Shown here in pieces: positions 20,472 to 30,567 of a DNA stretch of 64,000 nt. A model generated the notes under the pieces. That model was not told where the DNA came from and did no database searches. It saw only the letters and a program-made list of their open reading frames with translations. Position 1 is the first letter of the stretch; the number at the start of each line of letters is the position of its first letter. The position numbers and the translations under genes were made by a program. The DNA comes from an uncultured Bacilli bacterium (GTDB taxonomy: Bacteria; Bacillota_I; Bacilli_A; RFN20; CAG-826), in NCBI GenBank assembly GCA_944363525.1, contig CALVUF010000004.1, positions 81,139 through 145,138 on the forward strand. The letters are read 5' to 3'.

Positions 20472-20855
20472 ATGGAAAACAACGACAACCCCTTCAAAGC
20501 CGACCGTTACCTCTCTTCCTCCCAGCGGGAGATCGTCCACTCGATGATGCCAGAGCTCACCAAAGCGACCGATGCCGAGGGCTGCGCCAAGACGGTTGAG
20601 CTGATCGATAATTTCGTTAAAGCCAACAAGACAGGCGACCTGGTCTACGAGAATGCCCTCAAAGCTTTTTTAGGGGCCAATGAATCCTTGCGGTCGGCCG
20701 CCCTGTTCCCCAGCGACGCCGCGACGATGCTCATCTTAAGCCTCGTCTCCAGTTACCTATCCTTGATCTTCTTAGTCGGGGTCCTCAACGCCGAGGAATT
20801 GAAGGCGATGGGGCCGGTAATGGATGGCCTCGGCAATAAATTGCCGACCGCTTAA
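20472..20855 (+). CDS. hypothetical protein
   Basis: 127-aa ORF. Hydrophobic C-terminal segment. Confidence 0.4.
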   Translation: MENNDNPFKADRYLSSSQREIVHSMMPELTKATDAEGCAKTVELIDNFVKANKTGDLVYENALKAFLGANESLRSAALFPSDAATMLILSLVSSYLSLIFLVGVLNAEELKAMGPVMDGLGNKLPTA

Positions 20856-20937
20856 GCGATTTTTCTTCCTTTTTCCCCGATTGAATATTGCCTCTTCGGT
20901 CCTTTTAGGCGAAAATTAATAGACAGGAGGCGCGTCA

Positions 20938-21207
20938 ATGGATAATCAGGGCAAGGCGTTTGCCGAATTGGCCACTGGCTTAGCGGAGAAAACCACCCGC
21001 TTAGCCGCCAAGGCCGATGAGGCGCTGCAACAGGGGTTCAGCCAGTATATTGAGGCGCAAAAAGCCACTATCTCGGAGGCGGAACGCATTTCCCATGCGG
21101 TGGCCGATGAGATCGAAACCCTCGCAAAAACCCGTTTTGAGTCGGCATTAGAAGACGGCAAGAAAGCCATCGCCGAGGCCTTTGCGACCCAAGGAGTCAA
21201 CTTATGA
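20938..21207 (+). CDS. hypothetical alpha-helical protein
   Basis: GACAGGAGG SD. 89 aa. Stop overlaps the next start (ATGA). Confidence 0.5.
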   Translation: MDNQGKAFAELATGLAEKTTRLAAKADEALQQGFSQYIEAQKATISEAERISHAVADEIETLAKTRFESALEDGKKAIAEAFATQGVNL

Positions 21208-21533
21208 GCGAGCCAGTCGAGAATATAGAGACGAGTGCAGTCGACTGCAGCGACGAGATCGCTCGGTTAGAGGCTGATAATGCCGCCTTGCAGACGAAGA
21301 TCGCGACTTTGAAGAGGGAGCTAAACGATAAGCTCTTCAAAGAAAGCCAAGCCGATATCGCCGCCCTTAACCAAGAACTGGCGAGCTATACCGAACGGGA
21401 GATCGCCATCATGAGCGATTTCTCCTTAGCCTTGCGCCACCTCAACGATTCGGTGAGCGACCTCCAAGCCGTTTTAGCGGTCGAGAAGGGCGAGGAGAAA
21501 GAAGAGGAAAGCCAAACGGAGGTTGAGCAATGA
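21204..21533 (+). CDS. hypothetical coiled-coil protein
   Basis: Heptad-like LEADNAALQTKIATLKRELNDKL. Overlapping stop/start on both sides. Confidence 0.5.
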   Translation: MSEPVENIETSAVDCSDEIARLEADNAALQTKIATLKRELNDKLFKESQADIAALNQELASYTEREIAIMSDFSLALRHLNDSVSDLQAVLAVEKGEEKEEESQTEVEQ

Positions 21534-23419
21534 GCGACGAACAGAACACCCGTTTGCTAGAACTCAAGCAAAATAATTTGGCGCTGAACTCCGATTTGCT
21601 CGATCTAGAGAAACTCTCCGCCCACGTCGAGTTTAGCCTCCCGAAGTCGAAGGCATCCTTAGCCGAAATGTCCTTATCGAAGGAGAAACTCCTCCTTTGC
21701 GACGCCAAATTGGCCCAAGCCAAGCAGGATTTATCCGATTCGAAGGAGAATATCAAGTTCCTTTCTTCCTTCGTCAAAGTCATTTCCCGTCAGGTCATGG
21801 CGGTCGGCTCTTTGACCAAGAAAGGGCTCTTTGATTCGGCTTCTGATATTTTGAATTCCTTGGCTTCCCATGCCAACGATCTCTCGGCCCCTTGGACCGC
21901 CGATCTGAAAGAGCAGATCGAGGAATCGATCGGTTACCAACGGGTGAAGCTGGTCCTTTTGCGCGGCCGGCATAACGAGGAGCAGGGGCTCCCGCCCTGC
22001 GGGGAGTCTGAGATCGACGCCTTGATCGACGACATCGTCGACCTCGGGATGAAATACCATGCCGAATCCGAACGGGTATCGTTGCTTAACGAAGCCCTCG
22101 CCATCAAACTTAATATCCTGGCTCAGCGGGAAGAGGCGACGATCCACGACATGGATAGCCTTGAGGCCATCATCGCCGAACGTGACCATTACCTTTCGCT
22201 TACCCCCTCCCCCGATGAACGGGTCGCCGAAGCGAAGAAGAAACTGTATAAAGTCATCCTCGAGGAATTTACTGAACTTTCCTTCCTCTATTTCGACGAT
22301 GAGCCGAACTTCGATAAGGCTCTCTCGGTCTTCCATCAGAAAGGGAGCATTGAGAAAGAGGATATCGCCCATCATGCCTATAAGGATTCGGAAGATGACA
22401 AAGCCTTCCGGATCGCCTTCCTTTGCCAGATGGCCTTACGGAAAGATGTCTCAGGCTATAAGGATCAAGTAATCGTCTTATCGTCAAAAGCCGAAGAGGG
22501 CGATGAGGATTCCTTGGACCTCTTGGCTCATTTCCTCTCGATGCCGTTGATCGATTCGACCAAGTTCGATTTGACGGTCAAATCCTTGAAGACCCTAAGT
22601 TTCGAGCAGAAGATCCATTTCCTGGCCTTTGCCATCAAATTAGGGTTAGACGAAGAGAAACAGGTTTTGGTTTTCCAATTCATCGAGCAGTTACGGATCG
22701 GGGCTAGAAGAGGCGATCTCGAGAAGATGGCCCCGGACCTCGCTTACCTCGACTTCCATATCGCCCCCTCCTTAAAGGAAGATTGGGCCGGCATGAAAGG
22801 CGATTTGCTCCGTTCACCGCGGGCCCATAAAATCGTCACCAAGACCCAGGTGGCCGAACTCCGGGTCTTCGCCGGCGAGGATCCCAATGTCCTTGGGGCC
22901 CCGTTAGGGAAGAAGCTGAAATCGACTGAAGCCAAATCCTGGGACATGCTCAAATACGTGCTCTATTGGTTCTTCGCCATTCCTTTGCCGTTGGTTTTAT
23001 CCGGCATCGCCTATTACCTCATGTACTACTTCGGGGTGGCCGATTACATCGGTTCCTCGATCTTTGCCTTGCCGCTTGGCCTTTGCATTCTTTTCTTCGC
23101 CTTAGTTGGCTTGGCCTTCTATTCGCGGGATGAGAAAGGGTCGATGGGGTATCGAAGGGCCCTGGGTTTCGTCGCCATCGTTTTATTGGCTGGATCCGCT
23201 GTCATCTTCGCCTTGCCCAAGCGTTTGCTTTACGGGGCCGAGATCATCGCTTTGCCAGCCTTGATCGACGGGACCTTCGCCTATGTCTTGTCTCTAATCT
23301 GCTTTAAGGAACGGAACCGGGCTTTCGCCTATGCCCAGTTAGCCCTCTTCCTAGTCGCCTTAGGGGTGGCGGTCGGCTTCATGGTCTACGTCATGATGTC
23401 GGGCTTAACGGTCTCCTGA
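21530..23419 (+). CDS. hypothetical protein, N-terminal coiled-coil/helical region and C-terminal 4-5 TM helices
   Basis: 629 aa. Hydrophobic helices from ~residue 470. ATGA overlaps at both ends. Confidence 0.55.
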   Translation: MSDEQNTRLLELKQNNLALNSDLLDLEKLSAHVEFSLPKSKASLAEMSLSKEKLLLCDAKLAQAKQDLSDSKENIKFLSSFVKVISRQVMAVGSLTKKGLFDSASDILNSLASHANDLSAPWTADLKEQIEESIGYQRVKLVLLRGRHNEEQGLPPCGESEIDALIDDIVDLGMKYHAESERVSLLNEALAIKLNILAQREEATIHDMDSLEAIIAERDHYLSLTPSPDERVAEAKKKLYKVILEEFTELSFLYFDDEPNFDKALSVFHQKGSIEKEDIAHHAYKDSEDDKAFRIAFLCQMALRKDVSGYKDQVIVLSSKAEEGDEDSLDLLAHFLSMPLIDSTKFDLTVKSLKTLSFEQKIHFLAFAIKLGLDEEKQVLVFQFIEQLRIGARRGDLEKMAPDLAYLDFHIAPSLKEDWAGMKGDLLRSPRAHKIVTKTQVAELRVFAGEDPNVLGAPLGKKLKSTEAKSWDMLKYVLYWFFAIPLPLVLSGIAYYLMYYFGVADYIGSSIFALPLGLCILFFALVGLAFYSRDEKGSMGYRRALGFVAIVLLAGSAVIFALPKRLLYGAEIIALPALIDGTFAYVLSLICFKERNRAFAYAQLALFLVALGVAVGFMVYVMMSGLTVS

Positions 23420-24561
23420 TGTACCTCTTCTTTGACTTCCTGGGCGATCAGGACGCGGTTTCCTATTGCCTATCCGACGAACGGCTTCTTTGCCTTGACA
23501 AAGGGACGGCGAAGATCGGAAGCGACCTTTTCCTTTCTTTATTCAGCGAGCATTCCTTGGTCAGCTATGACGTTGAGCCCTTTTATCTTCGGCTCCATGC
23601 CTTAGGCTTTAATAAGCGGTTCTCGGTCTTTGATTTGAAACGGCTATTCCGGGCCTATTACGGGGTGGCTGAGGATATCCCTTACGAGGAGGCCAAGACC
23701 CAATTCGATGACCAGGCCTTATTGCAAGGGTGCCAGGCCTTTTCCTTTTTAGTCCACCTTTGCGATTACGAGGAAGAAGACGTCACTTACCTCTTAGGAT
23801 TAGATTACGGGGATTGCATCTTAAGCTATCCTGAATGCGGCTTCGCCTTCGAAGCCTTGAATCTTTTCAAACAGGCCCATGATAAACGGATCGCTGAGTT
23901 CGATCCGCGTAAGATCAAACGGCTTTTGTTCTTCGATTTGGAATGCGCCAATTCCGATCAAAATATCGGGAAGATATGCGAGTTCGGCGGGGTTTACGCC
24001 TCTTTATCCTTGCAAATCGAAGACGAAATCGAATTGCTCATCAATCCCGAGTCGCCTTTCAAAGTCAATCGAGGCGGACGGGGTTTGCAGTTATTTTACT
24101 CCAACGCCCAATATGAGAAAGCCCCGGCCTTCCCGGTCTATTACCAACGGATCAAAGAGATTCTGGAGGATGAATCGACTTTGCCGGTTGGCTTCGCCGC
24201 GACCAATGACTTCAAGTTCTTGATGGGCGATTCCCTCCGTTATGGCTTAGGCGGCTTTGACCTCTTAGGCCTTGACATCCAGCCTTTAGCCGACCGCCTT
24301 TTAGGCAGTGAACGTTCTTTATCCTTAGAGGATGCCTTATCCGGCTTAGGTGGGGGAACACCCAATAACCTGACTCCTCATCGGGCCTTAGATGACGCGA
24401 AATTGACTTTGCTGGTGGCCAAAGAGGCTTTTGCCCGGATCGATGGCGGCCTCCTTTCCTACTTACAAAACAAAAGCGAGGGACTCATCACCTCGCTTTA
24501 TGTCGATAAGATGCTGGAGCATCCGTTGCCGAAGCTTCGTTATTGGTCGTATTGGAATTAA
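23419..24561 (+). CDS. DEDDh 3'-5' exonuclease (DnaQ/RNase T-like) domain protein with ~170-aa N-terminal extension
   Basis: Exo I LLFFDLECAN, Exo II FAATNDFKFL, Exo III HRALDDAKL motifs in the C-terminal half. Confidence 0.6.
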   Translation: MYLFFDFLGDQDAVSYCLSDERLLCLDKGTAKIGSDLFLSLFSEHSLVSYDVEPFYLRLHALGFNKRFSVFDLKRLFRAYYGVAEDIPYEEAKTQFDDQALLQGCQAFSFLVHLCDYEEEDVTYLLGLDYGDCILSYPECGFAFEALNLFKQAHDKRIAEFDPRKIKRLLFFDLECANSDQNIGKICEFGGVYASLSLQIEDEIELLINPESPFKVNRGGRGLQLFYSNAQYEKAPAFPVYYQRIKEILEDESTLPVGFAATNDFKFLMGDSLRYGLGGFDLLGLDIQPLADRLLGSERSLSLEDALSGLGGGTPNNLTPHRALDDAKLTLLVAKEAFARIDGGLLSYLQNKSEGLITSLYVDKMLEHPLPKLRYWSYWN

Positions 24562-25001
24562 TAGGCTAGCGGGTCGTAACCGTATAAGAACTCTTTATTA
24601 TCGTCTTGCTCAAAGGTATCGACCGAGAGGAAGACCAGTTTGTCGTTCCCTTCGAATTGCTCGATCCTAGTGACCGTGCATTCCATTTTGACCTTGGCCC
24701 CTTTGACTAAGGCCATCTCTCCTTTGATCTCCATGTCGGCGAGGGCGAATTTGTCGATTGATTCGCTATGCCCGCGGCCAAAGGCCCGGGAAATCTCGGC
24801 TTGGTCGCTCGCTAAGGAAGAGACCCCAACTTTCATCCCGACTTCGAGGTTCTGGCTCGTTTGGGCTTGGCCGCCGAGCAGCATGGCGATGCCAGAGTAA
24901 TCAGTCATCATGGCCCAGGCGCAGGTCATGCCATAGTGATGGCCATTCTTGAGGTAGGCGACGATTGAAGCGCCGCAGTTGAAGGCTTTTAAAGCAGACA
25001 T
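24558..25001 (-). CDS. flavin reductase-like (FMN-binding split-barrel) domain protein, tentative
   Basis: GMTCAWAMMTDYSGIAMLLGG resembles the flavin-reductase-like core. 147 aa. Confidence 0.35.
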   Translation of the reverse strand: MSALKAFNCGASIVAYLKNGHHYGMTCAWAMMTDYSGIAMLLGGQAQTSQNLEVGMKVGVSSLASDQAEISRAFGRGHSESIDKFALADMEIKGEMALVKGAKVKMECTVTRIEQFEGNDKLVFLSVDTFEQDDNKEFLYGYDPLAY

Positions 25002-25002
25002 C

Positions 25003-26382
25003 TTAGGCTCCTTTCACGACTTCGTTTTTCTCTTTGCAAAGGTAACGGAGGAGGATGGGGGTGAGGAAACTCGAAACCAAGATCAGGATGAGGGTGAAGG
25101 GGATGATGGCCGGCTCAACCAAGCCGGAATCGACCCCTTCCTGGGCGGTGACGATCAAGACCTCGGCCCGGGCCATCATGCCGACCCCGATGATGGTCGA
25201 GTCTTTGAAATTGGATCCGGTGATCTTGGCTCCGAAGCCGGCGCCTAAGACTTTGCCAAGGAGGCCGCAGACGACCCAGACTAAGCCGAAGCCGATGAAT
25301 ACGCCGGAAATCGAGGAGATCGATTCGGCTGAGGAGGAGCCGACCCCTAAGGAGGAGAACATCTTAAGCGCGACCGAGGCGAAGAAGACCGGGGTGAATA
25401 AGACGTTGGCGGTCGTCTCGACCCGATGATCGATATAGGAGGAGGCGCTGGTGTTGGCGAGGATCAAGCCGGCGACGTAAGCCCCGGTGATGTCGGCGAT
25501 GTGGAAGATCTCGGCCACGAAGGCCCAGAGGAAGCAGAAGCCCAAGGAGAGCATCGGGATCCGACGGTGGTGGGGGTATTTCTTCCCCATCCAGTCGAAG
25601 AGCTTATGGACGCCGATGCCTAAGGCGATGGAGATGGCGAAGAAGGCGGCCATGATGAGGATCAAGAAGACGACCGACCAAGCCGAATCCCCGGTCGAGA
25701 TGACCCAGGGGGCGGTGGCTTCTTCCCCGCCGGATAAGGAGATGACGATCGAGAGCAAGACGATGCCGATTACGTCGTCGATGATGGCGGCGCTGACTAA
25801 GCTGGTCCCGACCGGGCCATCGAGTTTGCCTAATTCTTTCAAGGTGGCGACGGTGATGGAGACCGAGGTGGCGGTCAAGATGACCCCATAATAGATATCG
25901 GAATAGAAAGGCGAGGTCCCGGCTTGCTCTAAGCCGATATAGAAGGATTCATCCATATGGCCGAAGAAGCGGAACATGAAGGCGACTAAGAACCCGAGGA
26001 CGAGCGGGAAGATGACGCCGAAGGAAGTGATGACCATGCTCGACTTCCCTTGTTTCTTAATCTGACCGAGGTTAGTGGTGACCCCGGCTTCGAACAGGAT
26101 CAAGACGACCCCAATCTTGGCTAAGTCATTGATGCCTTCGACCGAATAGTCGGTCAGGATGAACTGACTTTCTTCCGGGATGAAGTAGAAAAGACCGACC
26201 AATAAGCCGCCGAGCAAATAGCCGATGACCTCGGGGATCTTGAACTTCGCCATCAGTAATGACAGCAATTTGCCAACGATGAGGATAAGGCCCAGCGGGA
26301 GCAGGATCATATACGGCTCGTTGGTGAAACTAGTGGATATCAGGGAACTTAAGGACATGCTTATCTCCTCCCATTCGGGCAA
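25003..26382 (-). CDS. cation:proton antiporter (CPA2/NapA-like Na+/H+ antiporter)
   Basis: 12-13 TM helices. N-terminal KIPEVIGYLLGGLLVG is typical of CPA antiporters. Confidence 0.7.
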   Translation of the reverse strand: MPEWEEISMSLSSLISTSFTNEPYMILLPLGLILIVGKLLSLLMAKFKIPEVIGYLLGGLLVGLFYFIPEESQFILTDYSVEGINDLAKIGVVLILFEAGVTTNLGQIKKQGKSSMVITSFGVIFPLVLGFLVAFMFRFFGHMDESFYIGLEQAGTSPFYSDIYYGVILTATSVSITVATLKELGKLDGPVGTSLVSAAIIDDVIGIVLLSIVISLSGGEEATAPWVISTGDSAWSVVFLILIMAAFFAISIALGIGVHKLFDWMGKKYPHHRRIPMLSLGFCFLWAFVAEIFHIADITGAYVAGLILANTSASSYIDHRVETTANVLFTPVFFASVALKMFSSLGVGSSSAESISSISGVFIGFGLVWVVCGLLGKVLGAGFGAKITGSNFKDSTIIGVGMMARAEVLIVTAQEGVDSGLVEPAIIPFTLILILVSSFLTPILLRYLCKEKNEVVKGA

Positions 26383-26469
26383 TCATACGCTTGTGCGCGC
26401 GTAATTAAAGTGGGAAATCGCTTTCAAAGAAGAAGGGAAATTTGAATATTGGGAAAAGGGCGCAAAAGT

Positions 26470-26913
26470 TTAACCAAATGGGCGGAAATGGCCTTTCCGA
26501 TGGGGTTCGGCGATATCTTTGATGACGGTGACGCATTGCCTTTTATGGGCATCGAGGACGATCTCCCCGGTCTCGTCTTCTTTGAATCCGTTGACTAAGA
26601 AGAACCGGAGCAATTCGATCGGGGCGAGGGCGATAAGCTTTCGGGCCCCGGTCTGGCGGGCCCGGGTGGCGATGAAACGCAAAGCATAGGAACCCAGCTG
26701 CTTATGGCGCAGGCTTGGGGGCACGATCAATTCGTCAAGCTGGCAATGCTCGGGGTCGAGGGGATGGCAATAGGCCAAAACTAGGATGTAGTTATCTTTG
26801 ACCAAAGCGAAATTGAATCCGCCGGTTTCTTCGTATTCCGGGGTCTGCCCGTATTCTTCCCGATACAAAGGGGAATCAACTATTTTTCCGAATTCGAACT
26901 TGCCGCTTACCAT
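26470..26913 (-). CDS. GNAT family N-acetyltransferase
   Basis: QLDELIVPPSLRHKQLGSYALRFIATRARQTGARKLIAL matches the acetyl-CoA-binding core pattern. Confidence 0.55.
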   Translation of the reverse strand: MVSGKFEFGKIVDSPLYREEYGQTPEYEETGGFNFALVKDNYILVLAYCHPLDPEHCQLDELIVPPSLRHKQLGSYALRFIATRARQTGARKLIALAPIELLRFFLVNGFKEDETGEIVLDAHKRQCVTVIKDIAEPHRKGHFRPFG

Positions 26914-26924
26914 CCGCTTGCCTT

Positions 26925-27578
26925 TTGCTTAGGAATATCTATTATAAGCCCATGCATCTCGGGCTCTATTTGAAACATCGGAAAAACAAGATCTTGGCGG
27001 TCGGCCTTTCGGGGCTCGCCACCGTCTTGCTCTGCCTTTGCTTCTTCCTCGATATGAGCGCCCTCAACTGGATGTTCGATTTCACTACCTTGTGGAACTA
27101 CATTCTCTATTTCATCGCCTATTTGATCATCCTTATCTGTAATATCCGTAACGACAACGCCGCCTATCGGGGGATTACCCTTTTCGTCTTCTTCATGGCT
27201 TTCGACCAGATTTGGTCGGGGCTCATGATGGGCGGGACTGCCTTCGCCCTTTTCTCGGTCGCCAATCCGGTCTCACTGGCCTTGGTTATAATCTACCTAA
27301 TCGCCGTCATCGTCGGTGGGATCCTCGGCTTTATCCTTTACGGAAAGATCTATAAATATCTGGTCAACCCCCTTGCCGATTACCGGCCGGTTCGGAAATA
27401 CGCGATCATCTATTCTTCGTCCTTGTTATTCATCTTGGCTTTGCTCATCGGGATGGAGATGTACATCAACCCCGGGGCTTCGGCTTTGACCATCGCCACC
27501 ATCTTCTTGCTCCCGATATCCGAACTCATAATGTCGGTCGCTATCGTCTTCACCTTGGAACGGCTCTACCGTAAGTAA
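26925..27578 (+). CDS. hypothetical polytopic membrane protein
   Basis: 217 aa. About 6 TM helices. Confidence 0.45.
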   Translation: MLRNIYYKPMHLGLYLKHRKNKILAVGLSGLATVLLCLCFFLDMSALNWMFDFTTLWNYILYFIAYLIILICNIRNDNAAYRGITLFVFFMAFDQIWSGLMMGGTAFALFSVANPVSLALVIIYLIAVIVGGILGFILYGKIYKYLVNPLADYRPVRKYAIIYSSSLLFILALLIGMEMYINPGASALTIATIFLLPISELIMSVAIVFTLERLYRK

Positions 27579-27589
27579 TTATTAATATT

Positions 27590-27727
27590 ATTAATGGGGC
27601 GTGGTATCATTACGCGCCGTAAGGGGAGTAGCGCTCGCTCGGATCTCGACATCCCGCTGAATAAGCCGGGACCGAGGGGGTAACACCTCGCGAGACCTTA
27701 ACTCATATTGAGAGAAGGACAGGAAAT
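27590..27727 (+). promoter_or_regulatory. GC-rich structured 5' leader upstream of P-type ATPase gene (riboswitch/attenuator candidate)
   Basis: ~140-nt non-coding stretch with several G-tract/C-tract complementary segments (GGGGCGTGG...CGCGCCG, CCGGGACCGAGGGGG). Ends at GAGAGAAGGACAGG SD. Confidence 0.25.
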
Positions 27728-30496
27728 ATGTACGAAGACAAGAATGTCAAAGAAACATTGACCGCTTTTTCCGTCGATCCCGAAGTTGGCTTAAGCGCTG
27801 ATCAAGCGAAGAAGAAACTCGAGAACGAGGGGCGGAACAAACTCGACGAGAAGCCTAAGGATCCCTGGTACGTCATCTTCTTCAACAACATGAAGGACCC
27901 GATGACCTTGATCCTATTTATCGCCGCGCTGATCTCGGTGGCCTTAGGCATCTACACCGTCGTCCAAGAACCCGAGCTCCCCTTCGATGAGAAGTTCGAG
28001 CAATTCGTCGACGTCATCATCATCTTCTTGGTCGTCATTTTAAACGCGACCATCGGCACCATCCAGGAGATGAAGGCCGAGAAAGCGCTAGAAGCCTTGA
28101 AGAAGATGTCGGCCCCGACCGCCACTGTCCGCCGGGACGGGAAGCTAATCGAAATCCCGGCCGAGGAAGTGGTCGTTGGCGATATCGTCATCTTAGAGGA
28201 AGGGCGGACCGTTCCGGCCGACCTCCGGCTCATCAAGACCTTCTCGATGAAAGCCGACGAATCCTCCTTAACCGGCGAATCGGTCCCGGCCGAGAAAGAC
28301 GCTTCGATCGTCTTAACCGGGGAATCGGGCGTCGGCGACCGGCTCAACGAAGTGTTCATGTCGACCCCCGTCGTCTATGGCCGGGGAGAAGGCGTGGTCA
28401 TTGCGACTGGCATGAAGACCGAGATCGGCCGCATCGCCTCAATGCTTTCGGGCGAAGAGGACGAGATGACCCCGTTGCAGAAGAAATTAGCCCAGCTGTC
28501 TAAGTTCTTAGGCATCCTGACCGTCGGCGTCGTCATTTTGATGCTATGCGTCAAGATCATCTGGGCTTTGATCCTATCCAATATCGCCACCACTTGGAGC
28601 GACGCCCTCCTCGATTCGGTCGCCTTGGCCGTCGCCGCCATCCCGGAGGGGCTGACCGCCGTCGTCACCATCGTCTTGGCCCTCGGGGTCGGGAAGATGG
28701 TCAAGGTCAATACCATCGTCCGGCGCTTAGCCTCGGTTGAGACGCTTGGCGCCGTCTCGGTCATCTGCTCCGATAAGACCGGCACCCTCACCCAAAATAA
28801 GATGACCGTCGTCGAGGCTTATGTCCCGGGGGCGATCATGAACAAAGACCAATTCGAGGCGAATAAAGACCATTTGACCTTATTGGCCAAAGGCTTATCG
28901 CTTTGCAGCGACGCCAAAGTCGAAGGCGGCATCTATGGCGACCCGACCGAGGTGGCCTTGGTCGAATTCGCCGTGGGCCTCGGGATGAAGAAGACCGAGT
29001 TAGAGAAAGCGAGCCCCCGGATCAACGAAGCCCCCTTCGACTCGGTCCGGAAGATGATGTCGACCCTCCATAACGATAATGGTAAGTCCATCCAGTTCAC
29101 CAAAGGGGCGATGGACCAAGTCTTGAAGCATACCACCCATATCCTCGTTAACGGCGAAGTCCGCAAGGTCACCGATAAGGACGTCGAGGCCATCAAAGAA
29201 GCCTCTTCCTCCATGGCTTCCGAAGCCCTCCGGGTCCTCTCGCTCACTTACCGCGAAGGCGGGGAAGTGGAAGAAGACAACCTCATCTTCGTCGGCTTAG
29301 TCGGCATGGTCGATCCTCCGCGGGAAGCGGCCAAGCCGGCGGTTAAGACTTTAAAGAAAGCCGGCATCGTCACCATCATGATCACCGGCGACCATAAGGA
29401 CACCGCCTTCGCCATCGCTAAGGAACTTGGCATCGCCGACAGCGAGTCCCAGGTTATGTCGGGCGATCAAATCGACGCCTGCACTGATGAGGAATTGCAG
29501 GAAAAGGTCAAGACCTGCCGGGTGTTCGCCCGGGTCTCGCCCTCCAATAAGGTTTCGATCGTCAAAGCCATCAAGGCCAATGGCTTAACCGTCGCCATGA
29601 CCGGGGACGGGGTTAACGACGCCCCGAGTTTAAAGGCCGCCGACATCGGCATCGCCATGGGCATCACCGGGACCGACGTCGCCAAAGGGGCGGCCGATAT
29701 GGTCTTAACCGACGATAACTTCGCCTCGATCGAGAAAGCGGTCGAGGAAGGGCGGGGCATCTATGCCAACATCAAGAAGACCGTCCTCTTCCTATTGTCT
29801 TCCAACATCGGCGAGGTGGTCGCGATGCTCATCGCGGCGATCATCGGCATCCCCTCGCCCCTTATCGCCATCCATCTTCTTTGGGTCAACCTCATCACCG
29901 ACTCATTCCCGGCCATCGCCTTAGGGGCCGACAAGAAGCCGGACGATATCATGAACGATAAGCCGCGCGACCCGAAGGAATCGCTGTTCAGCCACGGCGG
30001 TTATCTCATCACCTTCGGCTATGGTATCATCATCGGTCTCATCACCTTAGCCGCCTTCTTGATCGCGCCCATCAACGAATTGGCCGCCTATAACGCCGCC
30101 AACCCGGGGGCCAATGTCTCCCTATGGGAATACCTTTCCAACGCCAGCCTCTATGGGGCGGAGATGGTGGTCGAGGAGGCCCAGTCGATGGCCTTCTGCG
30201 TCTTGGCTTTCTCCGAGCTCTTCCACATGCTTGGCATGATCAACACCAAGAAGAGCTTCATCTACGTCTTCGCCGACAAGAACCCGATGCTCTGGATCGC
30301 CTTATTCGGCGGCATCGCCTTGCAGCTCTTCGTCATCGAGGTTCCTTACATCAACACCTTCTTCAAGGTCTATCCGCTTCATGACCATCCGATGGATTAC
30401 CTCTATGTGTTCCTACTCGCCATCGCGCCCTTGGTTATCCATGAGGTCGCGGTCCTGGTTCAGTGGATCATGAAGAAAAAGAAAGAAGCGAAATAA
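27728..30496 (+). CDS. calcium-translocating P-type ATPase (type IIA, YloB/PMCA-like)
   Basis: CSDKTGTLTQNKMTV phosphorylation motif, MITGDHKDTA, GDGVNDAPSLKAADIGIAMG. 922 aa with 10 TM helices. Confidence 0.9.
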   Translation: MYEDKNVKETLTAFSVDPEVGLSADQAKKKLENEGRNKLDEKPKDPWYVIFFNNMKDPMTLILFIAALISVALGIYTVVQEPELPFDEKFEQFVDVIIIFLVVILNATIGTIQEMKAEKALEALKKMSAPTATVRRDGKLIEIPAEEVVVGDIVILEEGRTVPADLRLIKTFSMKADESSLTGESVPAEKDASIVLTGESGVGDRLNEVFMSTPVVYGRGEGVVIATGMKTEIGRIASMLSGEEDEMTPLQKKLAQLSKFLGILTVGVVILMLCVKIIWALILSNIATTWSDALLDSVALAVAAIPEGLTAVVTIVLALGVGKMVKVNTIVRRLASVETLGAVSVICSDKTGTLTQNKMTVVEAYVPGAIMNKDQFEANKDHLTLLAKGLSLCSDAKVEGGIYGDPTEVALVEFAVGLGMKKTELEKASPRINEAPFDSVRKMMSTLHNDNGKSIQFTKGAMDQVLKHTTHILVNGEVRKVTDKDVEAIKEASSSMASEALRVLSLTYREGGEVEEDNLIFVGLVGMVDPPREAAKPAVKTLKKAGIVTIMITGDHKDTAFAIAKELGIADSESQVMSGDQIDACTDEELQEKVKTCRVFARVSPSNKVSIVKAIKANGLTVAMTGDGVNDAPSLKAADIGIAMGITGTDVAKGAADMVLTDDNFASIEKAVEEGRGIYANIKKTVLFLLSSNIGEVVAMLIAAIIGIPSPLIAIHLLWVNLITDSFPAIALGADKKPDDIMNDKPRDPKESLFSHGGYLITFGYGIIIGLITLAAFLIAPINELAAYNAANPGANVSLWEYLSNASLYGAEMVVEEAQSMAFCVLAFSELFHMLGMINTKKSFIYVFADKNPMLWIALFGGIALQLFVIEVPYINTFFKVYPLHDHPMDYLYVFLLAIAPLVIHEVAVLVQWIMKKKKEAK

Positions 30497-30503
30497 GACG
30501 TTG

Positions 30504-30531
30504 AGGCGTCCGCTGGGCGCCTCTTTTTCTT
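30504..30531 (+). terminator. rho-independent terminator after ATPase gene
   Basis: GAGGCG-loop-CGCCTC followed by TTTTTCTTG. Confidence 0.65.
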
Positions 30532-30567
30532 GTTTGGTGGGCTATAGGCGTGTAAAGTATGCGGTGC

